64,000 nucleotides of DNA from Octopus vulgaris (lineage: Eukaryota), in the NCBI GenBank assembly GCA_951406725.2, contig OX597814.1:37138001-37202000 (forward strand), in the 5' to 3' direction. Shown here in pieces: positions 38,880 to 53,280 of the stretch. Positions within the stretch are counted from its first letter, which is position 1; every line of letters starts with the position of its first letter. The position numbers were made by a program, and so were the translations under genes. The notes beneath the pieces were generated by a model. That model was not told the DNA's origin. It was given only the letters and a program-made list of their open reading frames with translations, and ran no database searches.

Positions 38880-40406
38880 TAGAAGGTGCATTCCAGAAAC
38901 TTTGAGACTTTTAGAGAAGGCAGTTATAATTGTACTAGATTATTTCAATGTTAGCATGCCAATACTACACGTCCATTAAGCTGGCATACCCAAATTTTTT
39001 TTCTAGATTAAAAGAGACGTATGTAGCAATACTACAACAAAAACTTATTAATCATTATTTGTCACAGCTGACTATTTTGCAGAATACAATCTGGCGGCGA
39101 AGAAGATTTGAAAGATCTCTATGCAATAATATTGCGTTAAACTAAGCGAAATGTTAGAGAGAGTTTGTTTTTCGATGCACAATAGTAGTAGAGGAACAAT
39201 AAAAAGCAAGTGAAGGAAGAGATCGTCAGAACATATGAGGTGGTTGTGAAAATTCGCAATTGTGTGGATGAAGATGCAGTGTGTGTATAAAGACAATAAG
39301 CATAATGTTCGGAGATAGATTGGCAGATATACAAAAAATTATTCATTAAGATTTGAATATGCTCAACTTTTGTGCAAACTTTATTCCGAGCGTGGTCAGT
39401 GACAAACAGAACGAAAGATACCTTGGCAACAGCTTAGAGAGTTGAGGTCACTGACTCTAGTTCAAGGGTATTACAGTTTCTGATGACGTTAGGAAAGCTG
39501 GTTCTATTGTTATTATCTATTGTTATTCTATTATTATTGTTATTATAAGCGCAGGAGTGGCTGTGTGGTAAGTAGCTTGTTTACCAACCACATGTTTCCG
39601 GGTTCAGTCCCACCGCGTGGCACCTTGGGTAAGTGTCTTCTACTACAGCTTCGGGCCGACCAAAGACTTGTGAGTGGATTTGGTAGACGGAAACTGAAAG
39701 AAGCCCGTCGTATATATGTATATATGTGTGTGTGTGTGTGTTTGTGTGTCTGTGTTTGTCCCCCTATCATTGCTTGACAACCGATGCTGGTGTGTTTATA
39801 TCCCCGTTACTTAGCGGTTCGGCAAAAGAGACCGATAGAATAAGTACTGGGCTTACAAAAAGAATAAGTCCCGGGGTCGAGTTGCTCGACTAAAGGCGGT
39901 GCTCCAGCATGGCCGAAGTCAAAGACTGAAACAAGTAAAAGAGTAAAAGAGTAAGAGTAAACAATGAGACAAAATGACGAAATGAAGCATCCTAACCCCC
40001 CCCCCCCCCCGCACACACACGAAAGCGTGCCCACTGGAAAACTCTTGATTATGCTTTACATTCACTGGGTTTTTTCTGGCCAGATTGTCAGCAAGAGAAC
40101 CTTGTTGAAAGTTTGACGGAGCAGATATATTGGCGAATGGTGCATTGTCCTAGTAACCTAGTACCTGATAGAAATGCGCATCAAAACTATCCTTCATCCT
40201 CCCATCAGAAGAGAAAGTGCTGCCTGTAACTTATGGTTGTTAACCAAGCTGCAGAAGAAACTCACAGCTAGTCTTTTTCAGGATACTAAGAAAATGAAGG
40301 AAGCTGTCCCAGGATCTTGGACATATTCGCTCTGGAGGACTTACTACTATGAAATAAATGAGTGTCTTCTGAAAAAGACTCCAAAGACTTCGGGAATGAG
40401 TCTCAT
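38880..40406 (+). mobile_element. Decayed mariner element with degenerate TIRs, interrupted by a SINE
   Basis: Ends cattccagaaactttgagacttt and aaagactccaaagacttcgggaatg are approximate inverted repeats. Peptides DLNMLNFCANFIP and IKTILHPP..AACNLWLLTKL. Confidence 0.7.
39548..39960 (+). mobile_element. tRNA-derived CORE-type SINE, full length
   Basis: Colinear with 22836-23315; GTGGCACCTTGGGTAAGTG core; (gtaaaaga)n tail. Confidence 0.88.
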
Positions 40407-41871
40407 ATATATACACGCGGGGATACACGTGTGTACAGGGCAAAAACGCTCTACATTGAAGTGTATAAATATATAGGATAAATATACTAGTTCAAATATC
40501 TTTGAGGCATAATCGAACCCGTACAAAAACCATTCGATGCGTTTTGTCAAGGAGAAAGTTTGTAGCTCGAAACAAATGGGTGTAAATATACTAAATCGTC
40601 GCAGGGACACACCTACCCAGAAGTTTTTGTATATACCTTGTGCATACACACACACACACACACACATACACACCACTGCCAAATGTTCAATGAATTTTGG
40701 TATCGATATCTTACATTATATTAGGTAGTGATGGTATGATGTAATTAATGGTTAAATACACTTGTAGTATTAGTATCATAATTATATTTGATATCAACCT
40801 TATTTCTGCGACTGTTGTCGATGCTTTTAGTAGCAATATTCTCCCTGTCATAAACTTTGTTCAAAATGACATTTATCTTAAGTTTTCCCTTAACATTGCA
40901 GATGTCATTTTGTTTTCATTTCTACTGTCATTCGATTTTCATTTATGTGTTTGTCTTCGACATTATTTTCACTGTCTGCGTTTGTATGTTGAATTTCTTT
41001 TGTTGTACGTGTTATTCCTTCAAGACTTTGCTTTCTCTTTCGCAATCGTTTCTCCTTTCTCTCTCCACTCTCTCGCTGTTGCTATTTTTTGTGTATGCGT
41101 CACCCTGTGTATCTAGGTCGTTCCGTATCTCAGGTATGTTCATTTCTATACACATTCGTTCTTTCTTCTTAGAAATCATTTTTACGTATTTTGTCTTGTA
41201 TTTGTAAGTTTCCATGTAAGTTTTACGTATGTGTATGTTTATTTATATAAGCATGTGTGTATCAGTACACGTATGTGTATTTATCTGAATATCTCACAAT
41301 CAAATTATCAATGTTTTCCGATTACTGAAGATCAACCGGCTTTAGTTAAGCTACTTTCGAAGATAACTATAGAAAATGCAACTTCACAAAAAAAAGGGGA
41401 AAGCAAATAACAAATAAATTATCATCGACAAGAGTAGCAACAATATCAACAGTGCTACTAAAAAGAACATTTAAAAGATAAATCAACCTATATAAAAACA
41501 AAATCACACTATCATAACATCAACAATAATGACAGGAAACTTAAGAACTGATGGTAAAACAAAGAAATAAATAACATTTATCACGAGAAATGTTATTTGC
41601 AATGAAAGATGACGATAAATGAGTAAAAGAAACAAGTATAATAGATAAAAAAAATATAAATATGAGAAAATCAACATGAAGAAAAATAATAAAATGAAAA
41701 TAAAGACAAAAGAATTACACCAATAAAAGGATGCAAATGACAGTATATTTTCTCACCTCCCCTTGCTACTGATACTAATATTATATAACAACACCAACAA
41801 CAAAACAACAACAACGACGAGGAAGGCAACGACAACACCAACAGCAACGAAAATAATAATTATTATTATTA

Positions 41872-41988
<117 letters not shown>

Positions 41989-41989
41989 T

Positions 41990-44772
41990 TTTCTTTATCA
42001 ACCACAAAGGTTCACAAAATCATTGAGAATGGTACAAAACATTACAATGTGGGTTTAAAGAGGCACTCTCCTCTTCGTCTCTAGGTGCATGCTTAGAACA
42101 GGCCATTTCTCTTGGACCATTCTTGCAGCATAAATCCACCTTTCAAAAACTTGTCGAGAGGCAACACATCCACCGCCTCCTTTTCTTTTCAAGTGCAACT
42201 TGAAAAAGTTGATGAGGGCTTGGAAAAAGAGGAAAGTATCTATCTTCAACTTCTTCAAGCTGGTCCTCCACAGAGCCTCTTTCACTCAGACCCCGAACAA
42301 AAAAAAAAAACACTGCCTGTCTTTTCCGGCCAAAGTAATGTGATAGGATGATCTTCACGATGGACTCAGCTGAGAGCAGGAGACTTCAGCTGTTCGATAT
42401 AAACCCGCAATACTCATGCACTGGACGGATAATTTCATCGCTCTCCGTGCATCTCGAGTAAGCCTGGATGATGGCACGTCCACACTTGTAGAATTAATAT
42501 CGAATCGGCAATGCCTGTCCCTGGTAGTACAGTAACGCCAAAGATTTCCGGAAATTATCCAGAGGCCCCGTCCAGAAAGTGTTCTGGAACAGACCAGCCA
42601 GCTGATCCTCGTCAACTCTCATCGTCTTGCAGAAAACGTCATTGCACTTGATAAGTGCGAGCGCCTGATGACACTCTAGGTACCAGGTACACTACCTCGA
42701 TCTACGCTTGATTCAAGACTGCGTCGCAGTCAAAGAGAAATGTTTTGGAAGAGCAAGTGTAACAAACGATGACCACACTGCACCTTATCAAGGAACGGTA
42801 ATGTCGCATCCTTAGCGCATGTTTGAACATCATTAGCCACGGCATGCCCAATCCTCCATTCAGCGGGGATTGATAGCAAATAGAACACATAACAAACCGG
42901 GACAGTGTATGACGGTAAGGTGGCAGTATATGACGGACGCAATGTAAGTACTCCCCACATCCGCCCGACCTTTCAGCGATAGCTTTCTTTCATCTCATTT
43001 CTGAGTGAGACTATCCACGTTGCCCGTCATTTTGTCCCAGTCTTTCTTCACCTGTAGTGTCTATGGTGGTGTAATTAGTGATGCATTAGGAGTACAGCTC
43101 ATGTTGCTGGTCTGTATTGCTATGTGTTTTCGTTTGTTGAGGGTTTGTAATTTTGGTCGTATTTGTAGTGTAGCTTGTAATTGTGATGGTATAGGGTATG
43201 TGGGTTTGTGATGCTTTGTTGGTTCCTGTGTCTCCACTTCCAATATCTTTCTTTTTAGACTTGTACCGAGCTTTTAATTTTGTAATTTTTTTCTTTTTCC
43301 TTTCACCAGGATCCATTCGGCTGAGTTTCCATGACTGCCTTCCTCGCTAGACAGGTATTCGATATCAGAAAAATCTGTGGCAGGGGGAGAAGTATATCTG
43401 CATAATCATGCATTTCTAAGCTGGTCATCTGGTCGACTGGTGTGGGTTAGGCTTCTGTCGGTTGCGAAGATGGAGGCATTGTTATTGCTTTTCTCTGCTG
43501 CGGTACCGGATTTTGTTACTGATGGATATCTCTTGTTGCTCTTTTTGTTGATATTGTTTGGTTTTGGTTTTGGTTTTGGCTTCTGCTAACCATGGAACTG
43601 ATGTCGTTGGTATTATTATTCATGTTGCTGCTGTTATTGTTGAGTAAGTAGTTATGTTTTTCTTTTCTTTAGATGAGACAGGAAACCTTTAGATGATTTA
43701 TTTCTCTACAAACGTGATATCTCGGCTTTCTACCTTCTACCACTACATAAAACAGTGTTCCATTAGGTACGCCTATTAGATAAGGGATATCTTTGATACT
43801 AATCAGATGGGCGTGTAACCACAATTCCATACCCGTGCCTGATTAAATCATCCTTCCCCGTTGTGCAGAAATTTTGTTTTGTTTTCTATGCCTTATAATA
43901 CGACTGGTACCAGCAAAGTAAAGGTTGCACCTCTGCAACCTTTACTGTGACAACCCACCATGCTGGATGTGGTCATAATTCCTCGCATTTGAGCGTTGTT
44001 GTAGCATTTTCTTTAGTAAATTTCTAGGTTGAGAATCTTAACTCAACTGTGCAAAAGCGTCTCCCACTGGCGACGTAATCTTTTAAACCGCAGACTGGTC
44101 TGAGGCATTTTTCAATCTAGGCCTGCATTGCTCCACTGTCTTCCTCTTTAATGATATTTGTTTATATATAATAGTTTTCACATCCTCCACTCTGCTAAGG
44201 AAGACTGTTTTTCCATTCTTTCTTAAGCGACTTTCAACACCTTTCCTTTCAACTCGGATTTTTCCATATTTCGACGGCCCTTAGCGAAACATTTCCATTC
44301 TGCTAAGAAAAAGGAACGACCGCTGCTGTCACTTCATTAATGTTTCTGGTGGTGGTGGTAGGGATAATGGTGGAGTTCGTGCTTGCGTCATTTTTAAATA
44401 TATCTAGCTCATCACTGATACGTGTTTTGTTGTTGTTACGGCTGTCGTATCTGTTGCTGCTGCTATTATCTGCTTCGCACCTCGACCATATTAAATATTA
44501 CTGGGAGTACAATGTCATAGCAGCTATTCCAACAGGAATCGCTTCCCTTGATTCTGGAACCTATATTGATATTTTTGTTTTAAAGTAATAAATTAGCAAT
44601 GTTAAATCACAAAATCTTTCATTACAGGGAGGATTCTCGGCACACCGGCTCGGCTCTCTTGCAGGAAGCTGCGTTGCTAAGATAACCGTTCCATAAAATT
44701 TGGAATATCAATCAACAAAACAACAAACAACCACAAACGAACTACAAACAAGCGTACTCTTGCTCCAGACAC
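41990..44772 (-). mobile_element. L1/Tx1-clade LINE retaining 5' UTR, ORF1 and the ORF2 C-terminus, with endonuclease and RT missing
   Basis: ORF1 remnant with knuckle-like VVEGRKPRYHVCREINHLKVSC. Post-RT RKLSLKGRAD, PLNGGLGMP and KEALWRT..LINFFKLHLKRK. The 3' end abuts (AAT)n. Confidence 0.7.
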
Positions 44773-44841
44773 GTATAATGATATAGTTGAAAACTTTTGA
44801 AAATGCATTTGGAGTGATGAAAATATACACAATGTACTAGT

Positions 44842-44893
<52 letters not shown>

Positions 44894-44894
<1 letters not shown>

Positions 44895-47749
44895 GTACGA
44901 TCCATCAACACCAGATCAATCTCCGACCCCTACGATCATCAATACCAAACACCATGTACCAAAAACTACAAAGAAATTAAATAACACCGATATTATTCAA
45001 CCCAAGAATAACAATCGGGAAGTACGTACTTTAAACTTACAACATAAAATGTACGAAAAACTACACGTGCAAAACAATGTGACAACAGAAATGAACGGAC
45101 CGGTACCGTACGAAAATGACGACCGTCAAAATAATGGGCCGGACGATGTTCCTCATGTCCCGCAAATAAAACCCAAAAGACATAAATGGACACGTAAGGA
45201 ATACATTTCTATCCTACACGCTTATTTTACAGCAGTGTTCTACCCAAAGAATGAAAATACAACAACACATACATATAAAATATCGAAGGAAAATAACATA
45301 AATATAGACTTAGATACAGCAATGAACCCTAATAAACTAGCTAACGTACGAAGATATATTCTCAACGCAAGCAAATATCAGCAATAGAAATAGAACATTT
45401 AAAAGAAAAAATACACCAGGAAAATGTAGATAGAAGCCACACAACAATGCCCAATAATATAAACACTGAAACAGTAAAACACGAAGATAAACGTAACATT
45501 TCCAACAAAAACGATGTAAACAAAAAACAACAAGCCCAGACCGTAAGGATGCATAATAATACACGACAAACAGCAAGCCAACACACGACAAACAAACATA
45601 CAAATGAGAAAGAAAGCGACACAAATCTAAAACCTGGAAACAACGAAGGGGAGCCTACTGATTATGATACTATAAAAAGTAGAATAATCAAAGACTTAAA
45701 AAACACAGAGCTCAAAATGGACCACCGACCATACCTCTTAAAAATCAAAATAGACAAAACAACAACACCAATTATAAAGAGCATAATCCTAGCCACCACG
45801 GGACTACTAGCCACTGAAACAAAAAGCGATATCACTGAGCTAAATAATTTAGTATACGCAGCAGCCACTGTCCAAACAGAAGTACCACCACCCAAACAAA
45901 ACCTGTGGATAAATATCATCCAAAACAAAATACAAAAAATGAGAAAAGATCTGTCGATTCTTAATGAAATCAGTAGACAATCAACGCTACTGAGCAACAA
46001 AAAGAAAACAAAAATGCTCCGCAAATACAACATCATAGAAAAAGATTTACCTGAGATAAAAGAAAAGCTAAAGCAAGATATCCTTGCCAAAGCACAAAAG
46101 ATCCGCCGGTACGAGAAACGCCAACGTTTCTTTGAACAAAACAAAAAGTTCTACCAAGAACTTGGCAAAAATAAAATAGAAATCACTGCAGCACCAACGG
46201 CAGAAGTGGAAGAATTCTGGAGAGAAATATGGTCGGTGAACGAACAACCAAAAAAAAGGAGTATTATAACAACAAACTCAGCATCTGAGCAACTTTGGAC
46301 CCCCATAACAACTGAAGAGGTCATTCAGGCCCTGAAAAGTCTAAGCAACTGGAAGGCACCTGGGCATGACAAGATCCCCAACTTCTGGTTGAAATATCTA
46401 ACAGGAATGCACAAAAAGCTGGCTGAAAACTTTAACAACATACTAGCAGAGCCAGAGACAATGCCTGAATGGCTCACGATGGGGAAGACCATATTTATTC
46501 CCAAATCAAATGAGACAGCAAAACCAGAAAACTACAGACCTATAACCTGTCTCCCTACAATGTACAAGGCATTTACTGCAGTAATATCGCAAAGATTCAA
46601 CAAGCACCTGGACGAAAACAACCTGTTTCCAGAAGAGCAGAAAGAATGACGCCAAGGCTCATATGGCTGTAAAGATCAACTAATGATCAATAAAGCCATA
46701 ACTGAAGACAGCCACAGAAAGAAGAAAGGCCTCAGTATGGCCTGGATCGACTACAAAAAGGCGTTTGATAGCATCCCCCACACATGGATCCTCGAATCAC
46801 AAGCCATAAACAAAGTAGCACCAACAATTATAAAATACATAGGACATTATGAATAAATGGCGAACAGTGCTACAGCTTCAAACAAAAGAGGGACTCATGA
46901 AAACGAAAGCCATCCCCATTAGAAGAGGAAGATTCCAGGGATACACGCTCTCTCCACTCCTTTTCTGCTTGGCACTGTCACCTCTATCTGATATGCTAAA
47001 TAGACCTGGATGCGGATATAAATGTTACGGCAAAACGATCAGCCACCTTTTATATATGGATGACCTAAAACTATACGCTGCAAATGACAAACAGCTGGAA
47101 ACACTATTAAAGACAGTTCATGGATTTACCAAAGAAGTAGATATGAAATTTGGATTAGAAAAATGCGCCAAAGTAACTCTGAAAAGAGGAAAACTAATTA
47201 AGAGTAGCAACATCACACTAGATAAAACCAATGAAATAAAAGTATTAGACCAAAGCCAAACTTACAAATACTTAGGAATCCATGAACTAGATCAGAAACA
47301 ACACTCACAAATGAAAGAGAAAATAAAAAAAAAATATTATAGACGAGTTAGATCAATACTAAAAACAGAGCTCCATGCTAAAAACACGATCCTAGGTATT
47401 AACACTTTAGCTGTCCCAGTTATAAGTTACAGCTACAATATCCTTAACTTGACACCAAATGAACTGACCAAAATAGATAGGAAAACAAGAAAAATAATGA
47501 CATGATCTAGGATGCATCACCCAAACTCTGACATAGAAAGACTATATATACAACGTATTGAAGGTGGTAGAGGCCTTATACAGCTGGAAAACTACTATTG
47601 AATAACCGCCATAGGACTGCAAAAATATCTACTTCAGAAGGAAGGAAAACTGATACAAATAGCAGTAAAACACGAGCAAAACAAAAAAACAGTTCTCAGT
47701 ATTTAAGGAAGCTGACAAATACAAACAAGAACTCATACCACCTAACAAA

Positions 47750-47780
<31 letters not shown>

Positions 47781-48779
47781 AAGAAGAAGAAGAAGAAGAA
47801 GAAGAAGAAGAAGAAGAAGAAGAAGAAGAAGAAGAAGAAGAATAAAAAACAACAAAAGCTATAAAACAAATGAAATCCAAACTAAAACTAGAACAGCAAA
47901 GAACCATGATAAAACGATGGCAAGAAAAGCCCCTTCATGGTAAATACTGGACTAAACTAAATGCAAAAGAAATAGACAAAGAAAAATCCCAGCAATGGTT
48001 GAGAAGCTCAGGACTCAAAGCAGAGGCAGAAGGATTTTTAATTGCAGCACAATACCAAAGCCTTCCCACCAGAAATTACCCAAAACATGTAATGAAAAAA
48101 ATATTACCAGTAACTACAGAATATGTGGAGATGGACAAGAAATAATAAATCATATTATCTCTGGTGGCCCAGTCTTGGTTAAGAAGGAATATATTCACAG
48201 ACATGACAGAGTTGGGACCTACATACACTGGAAGCTATGCCAACATTATGGAATAACAACAGAAAAAATATGGTATAGGCACACACCAGAAAAGATCACA
48301 GAAAACGAGAAAGCAACCATAGTCTGGGATATGCCGATACACACAGATAGAGAAATTAAGACCAACAGGCTACATATAGTTGTCAGAGATCATGAAGAAA
48401 AAAAATGATTTCTAATTGATGTATCAATACCAGCGGATGACAACGTGTCTCTAAAAGAAATGGAGAAACTTTCAAAATACAAAGACCTGGAAATAGAGGT
48501 AACCAGAATTTGGAATCTAAAAACAGAAAAATTCCTATCATAATAGGTGCATTAGGCATGATAAAAAAAAATATTCAAACAAATACATAACAAAAACACC
48601 AGGACTTACAGACAAATGTAACATACAGAAAATTGCACTAGTAAGCACTGCACACATCCTACGCAGAACACTTTCCATACAATAACCATCATGGCATCAC
48701 AACAAATCACAGCACACACCCATGGCACACAGAGCTGCGCTCGGTAGTGAAGTGAAAGCACGCTATAAGAATAAAACTA

Positions 48780-48782
<3 letters not shown>
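44894..48782 (+). mobile_element. Near full-length R4/Dong-like RLE LINE (family A), lightly decayed, inserted in (AAT)n
   Basis: Single long coding region: KRHKWT, SNWKAPGHDKIPNFWLK, NYRPITCL, AWIDYKKAFDSIPH, LYMDDLKLY, degenerate CCHC, RHD, WD..LIDVSIP..KYKDL. (AAT)n at 44845-44893 and 48783-48833. A few stops and frameshifts. Confidence 0.93.
47751..47842 (+). repeat. (GAA)n expansion inside the LINE coding region
   Basis: Pure GAA run, in the poly-Glu reading of the LINE frame. Confidence 0.95.
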
Positions 48783-49168
<386 letters not shown>

Positions 49169-49184
49169 GATAATAATAATAAAC

Positions 49185-50480
49185 AAAGAAGGCCGACGTC
49201 ATCAAATCTGAAAATTTTGTAACTAAGAAACATTTATTCAAGAAACAAACAAAAAGGCATGGAAGGAAAAGAAAATGTACGGTCAGTTTGCAAGAGATAT
49301 GAACGCCAAGACAAATACAGAGGACCGGTGGCTATGGATGAGGAGGTGTGACCTGTCGATAGAGACAGAATAACTCATATGCGCACCTCAGGAACAAGAG
49401 TTAAGGACCAGGTATATTAAGCGGAGAATAGACAACACTACCGATAACGACAAATGCAGAATGTATGGTAAGGGGTGGGGGTGAAACGTTAAGGCGCATC
49501 GTTAGCGAATGCCTAAAATGGCACAACGCGATTACAAAAAACGCTGTGACAATGTGACAAGAATGATGCATTCGGGGCTCTGTGGAAATCACGACCTACA
49601 AAGAGGAAATACGTGGTATGAGCAAACACCAGAAGGATCACCGAAAATGAGAATTGCAAAAGCCTGTGGAATGCAATGATCCAGTGAGATCACCCGACCA
49701 GACATCTGAAACCGGACATTGTTGTGGTGAATGAAAAAGAAAGTACGTGACGTGAATGATAATCGACTAAGCGTGCCCCGGGCCAAAGGAACAATAGCAA
49801 AGGTGGCTGATTGCTAGCTATCCCAGACACCAGTGAATCCAAAATAGAAGAAATTCAAAAAATAGTGCTCATTGAAACTATTCATATCCAAAGAAAAATA
49901 TTCTCTATGAAATCGCCACAGCACAAAAAATCTGTGAAGAGTCGCCTTAAAGTCATCTTAACATCATACTACCATCTAATCAAATTATTTTTAGAACAAA
50001 CTTCTAATGTTATTATATTTTCACAAACATTCTCTCGAACAATACCTTGTGTAAAAACAAAAGTATGACACCGCAGTCATAGCACCAACTTGAATTTCTA
50101 ACTTGAAATCTCTTGAAGTCTGTTTCAAAATTGGAGTCAACGTGTACAAATACGAAGCAAAAGCCAAATGTCTAATAACAATAACAACCACAACAACAAC
50201 AATAATAATAATAATATTAAAAGGCAGAAAGTCAAAAATAGGGCTCATGGGAACTGCCCATATCCTACGTAAAATATTATTTATGTAATCACAAATTTTA
50301 AAGCAAACACCATTTTTTATGGTTTCTTAAATATTCTTTAGAACAACACTATGTACAAAACCAAATATATGGCACCCTATGCATAGCACCAACATGAACT
50401 TCTGACTTGTTGTCTCGTGAGGTCTCTGGGTGAGACTTGGACACAACTTGTACAAATGCAAAGCAGAAGTCAAACATAAA
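49185..50480 (+). mobile_element. Stack of older RLE-LINE 3' fragments separated by AAT/AAC tracts
   Basis: 49185-49800 is a CCHC/RLE relic (DKCRMYG..HIVSEC.K, WYEQTPEG). 49820-50175 and 50219-50480 are family B 3' ends (EIQKIVL.., LMGTAHILRKIL) matching 57990-58260. Confidence 0.8.
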
Positions 50481-51069
50481 ATAACAAGAAGAAGAAGAAC
50501 AACAACAATAATAATGGTTTGAAATTTTAGTTGTGATGCCTGTTGTTAGTCAATTGCAACGACTTCAGCGCTCAGCTTTTATTTTACTTTATTGACTCCG
50601 AAGAATGATAACAAAACTTGTTCTTAGCAAAGTATGAATACCGAACGTGAAAGGCAGGAACAAATACAGCAAGGTATGTTTTTTGATGTATAACAATTCC
50701 TTCATTTTGCTATCATTCATCATTTACACTCGCTCTTAATTGATAAAATGGCTTATATATATTTTGGAAGAAATGTGAATATTAATGCGACTCTAGCGTT
50801 TTAATAATATTGCATTTTATCAACTCCTGAATGAAGAAAGTTTAAGTTGATATCTCTTTCTACGCAAAGAGCCTGAAGAAATACAGAACCGATTTTTTCA
50901 ACGATGTAAAGATTCTGATAGAAAATTAATGCCCTCTGACTTTGTTGGTTGGGGGAGTGTGTGGATATGAAATTTGTTGACTGACAGCGAAATAATTATA
51001 CGAAGATAAATTATATCATTAATAAACACTTGATAGAAATAATACAGATTCTGTTATTTTCTTTGTTAG

Positions 51070-51163
51070 TTGGATTTAGGCGATATATACCAGAAATAAC
51101 TGTTTGGGAGACAGCGAAATCAATATCGTTGCACATAACAGCAGCTCCAACAGAATCTTACAT
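51070..51163 (+). CDS. Candidate internal exon (phase 1 to 2): GFRRYIPEITVWETAKSISLHITAAPTESY
   Basis: Strong acceptor ttattttctttgttag|, donor AT|gtgggt; 94 nt open in the required frame. Confidence 0.6.
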
Positions 51164-52169
51164 GTGGGTTCCAACCGTTAATTACTAGTAGAAACCTCTA
51201 TTAGTCAGTTATTTTGCTGTTTATCATGCTTAGAAAAGCTATCATAAGAATCTTCTAGTAAGGTTTTATTCCTGTCATTTCCATACATCACCCATTTGTT
51301 TGGCTGCACCATTATCTCGCAAATACTATGTGTGTGTAAAGCCTTTTCGCAATGTTAAGCCTGTTTATGAGTAAACTATTTCATAACTTCTCTAACATCT
51401 CAAACTCCAATATAAATGATAAATAATTTTAAAACCTTTCAAACTTCCACATACAGAGCTCTCATGCACGCGACATACACACTATCTTCCTTACATATTT
51501 TCAAAGTCAAGTATAATTAGAGAATAGTCCTTTGTATTATGTCAGTGGGATCGATTTCAGTGAGATAAAGAAGCATAAACGACTGGAAGACGTTCACAAT
51601 GTAAAGACACACAATTTCGTATGGTATTTCATGAAGTTCTAGCATCACAAAGCAGCATCAAAATGATAATGGTTTTATCGCGAGAGTTTAAGAGTACCGT
51701 ATTCTTGATCTTTTGCTGACTGTTACGTCACAAATCGTAGAATGAGACGGCCACACGATTGAGTAGCAGTACACTAACACACTTTAAATACAAGCTTGTA
51801 ATTGCTCTTTAGCTATTTCAAGAACCGTCCCTATCCCGAGGTAACAATTAGTTTCATGTAACTTCTAGCAACCAAATGTCCTGTTACACTTATATTGACG
51901 TCTCGAATACGCCGTACAAAATACATTATTATTCTTTAAATTATATAGCAACTGAATTTTCTCCACTTCCACGTCATTATTTTGATTACATAAATCACTT
52001 AGAAAAATAACTCATATCTATCTTTTAAATTTCAGTGAAAATGTGATACTGCTGAACTTTCTCTATTATTCTCTGACCAAACATGTTAAATATAATATTA
52101 TGAATCAACAAGAAAGTTACGGGATTGATGTGGATCGTTGAATACATATTAAAGCACTGAGCAGAATCT

Positions 52170-53280
52170 ATGAGGGTCGGCTGGAAATTCCATATGCTTA
52201 CAAAGATGCTCTCATAGAGTGTGGCTAAATGCGGTCTATTCTTCAACAACTCCCACTTGCGGTCCACAAACTTTTATTGGCATTGCGGTGCTTGGACCCC
52301 ATCGGTGAAAAAGCTTTCATGTTGTTGATATGACGTCATCATCACTGTGACGCTGACAGGTGCATATGCATGTTGAGGAACAGATAATAGTCATATGGGG
52401 TCAAATCAGGAGGGAATGGAAGATCATCATCCAGTTCAAAGCTACAGAGAAGCATAGCAGCGATTGTAACGAAGGTCTTGCTTGCTGCAGTATTGCCTAA
52501 ATGACACAAAAAACTCTTGTTTTTAGTTTTTCCTGGCATTTGCTCTTGATAGCCGTTCGTAACTGTCTCAGCAAGTTGGTATAGTACTATCCATTGGCGA
52601 TGTGACTCATTCGAAGTGAGTCAATAAACATAACGTCATTTGTATAGCAAAAAATTGAGGTCATCATCTTCACTGTAGAAGAAACAATCTTGGCCCTCAT
52701 TGGAGCCGGCATGGAGTGTTTACGCTGGATTGTCTCTTTGTCGCTGGCTCAAAATGATGAAAGCATCAATCATTTTCGTTTAGAAAGCGCTTAAGGAAGC
52801 CAGCTGGATCTACCTGAAACAATGTCAGATTTTTTCCTGTGATGTGATCACCATGATGCATTTTTGATCGAATATCATAAGGCGTGCCATCCACTGAGCA
52901 GAAATCTGCGTCCTACCATGTTCATTGTTTGGGGTATTCTCAACGTACACATGGGATATTCTAATAGCATTGGATATTTGATTTAAGTCAATCGGTTTTC
53001 ACCCATCCGCATGTAGTGAAAACAAACAATGTTTTTTATCGGTAGTAGCAGTAGCACGATGTCCAGACCTTAGGTAATTTTAAAAATTCCCCCTTCCTCT
53101 CCTACATTTAGCTTTCCCCATTTGCAGTGTTGATAAACCTAGAGCACCATTACTTAACGTATCAAGAAATACAGCGTGAATGTCCTTGTCAGCTAAACCC
53201 CTTTCCTGAAAGTACTTGATAACATCCTGGTGCCAAGCCTCTACCTGATTTATTTTAACTAGAAAGACACAATACACTTA
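52170..53280 (-). mobile_element. Decayed mariner element
   Basis: WHQDVIKYFQERGLADKDIHA..RRGR N-terminus and PPDLTPYDYYLFLNM; mariner-like end tatgagggtcggctggaaa at 52170. Confidence 0.8.

Noticed and set aside
39480-39505. CTGATGA-cgttag-GAAA hammerhead-like string
   Set aside because: It lies in the decayed ITGDE region of a mariner relic, and no convincing stems I-III form.
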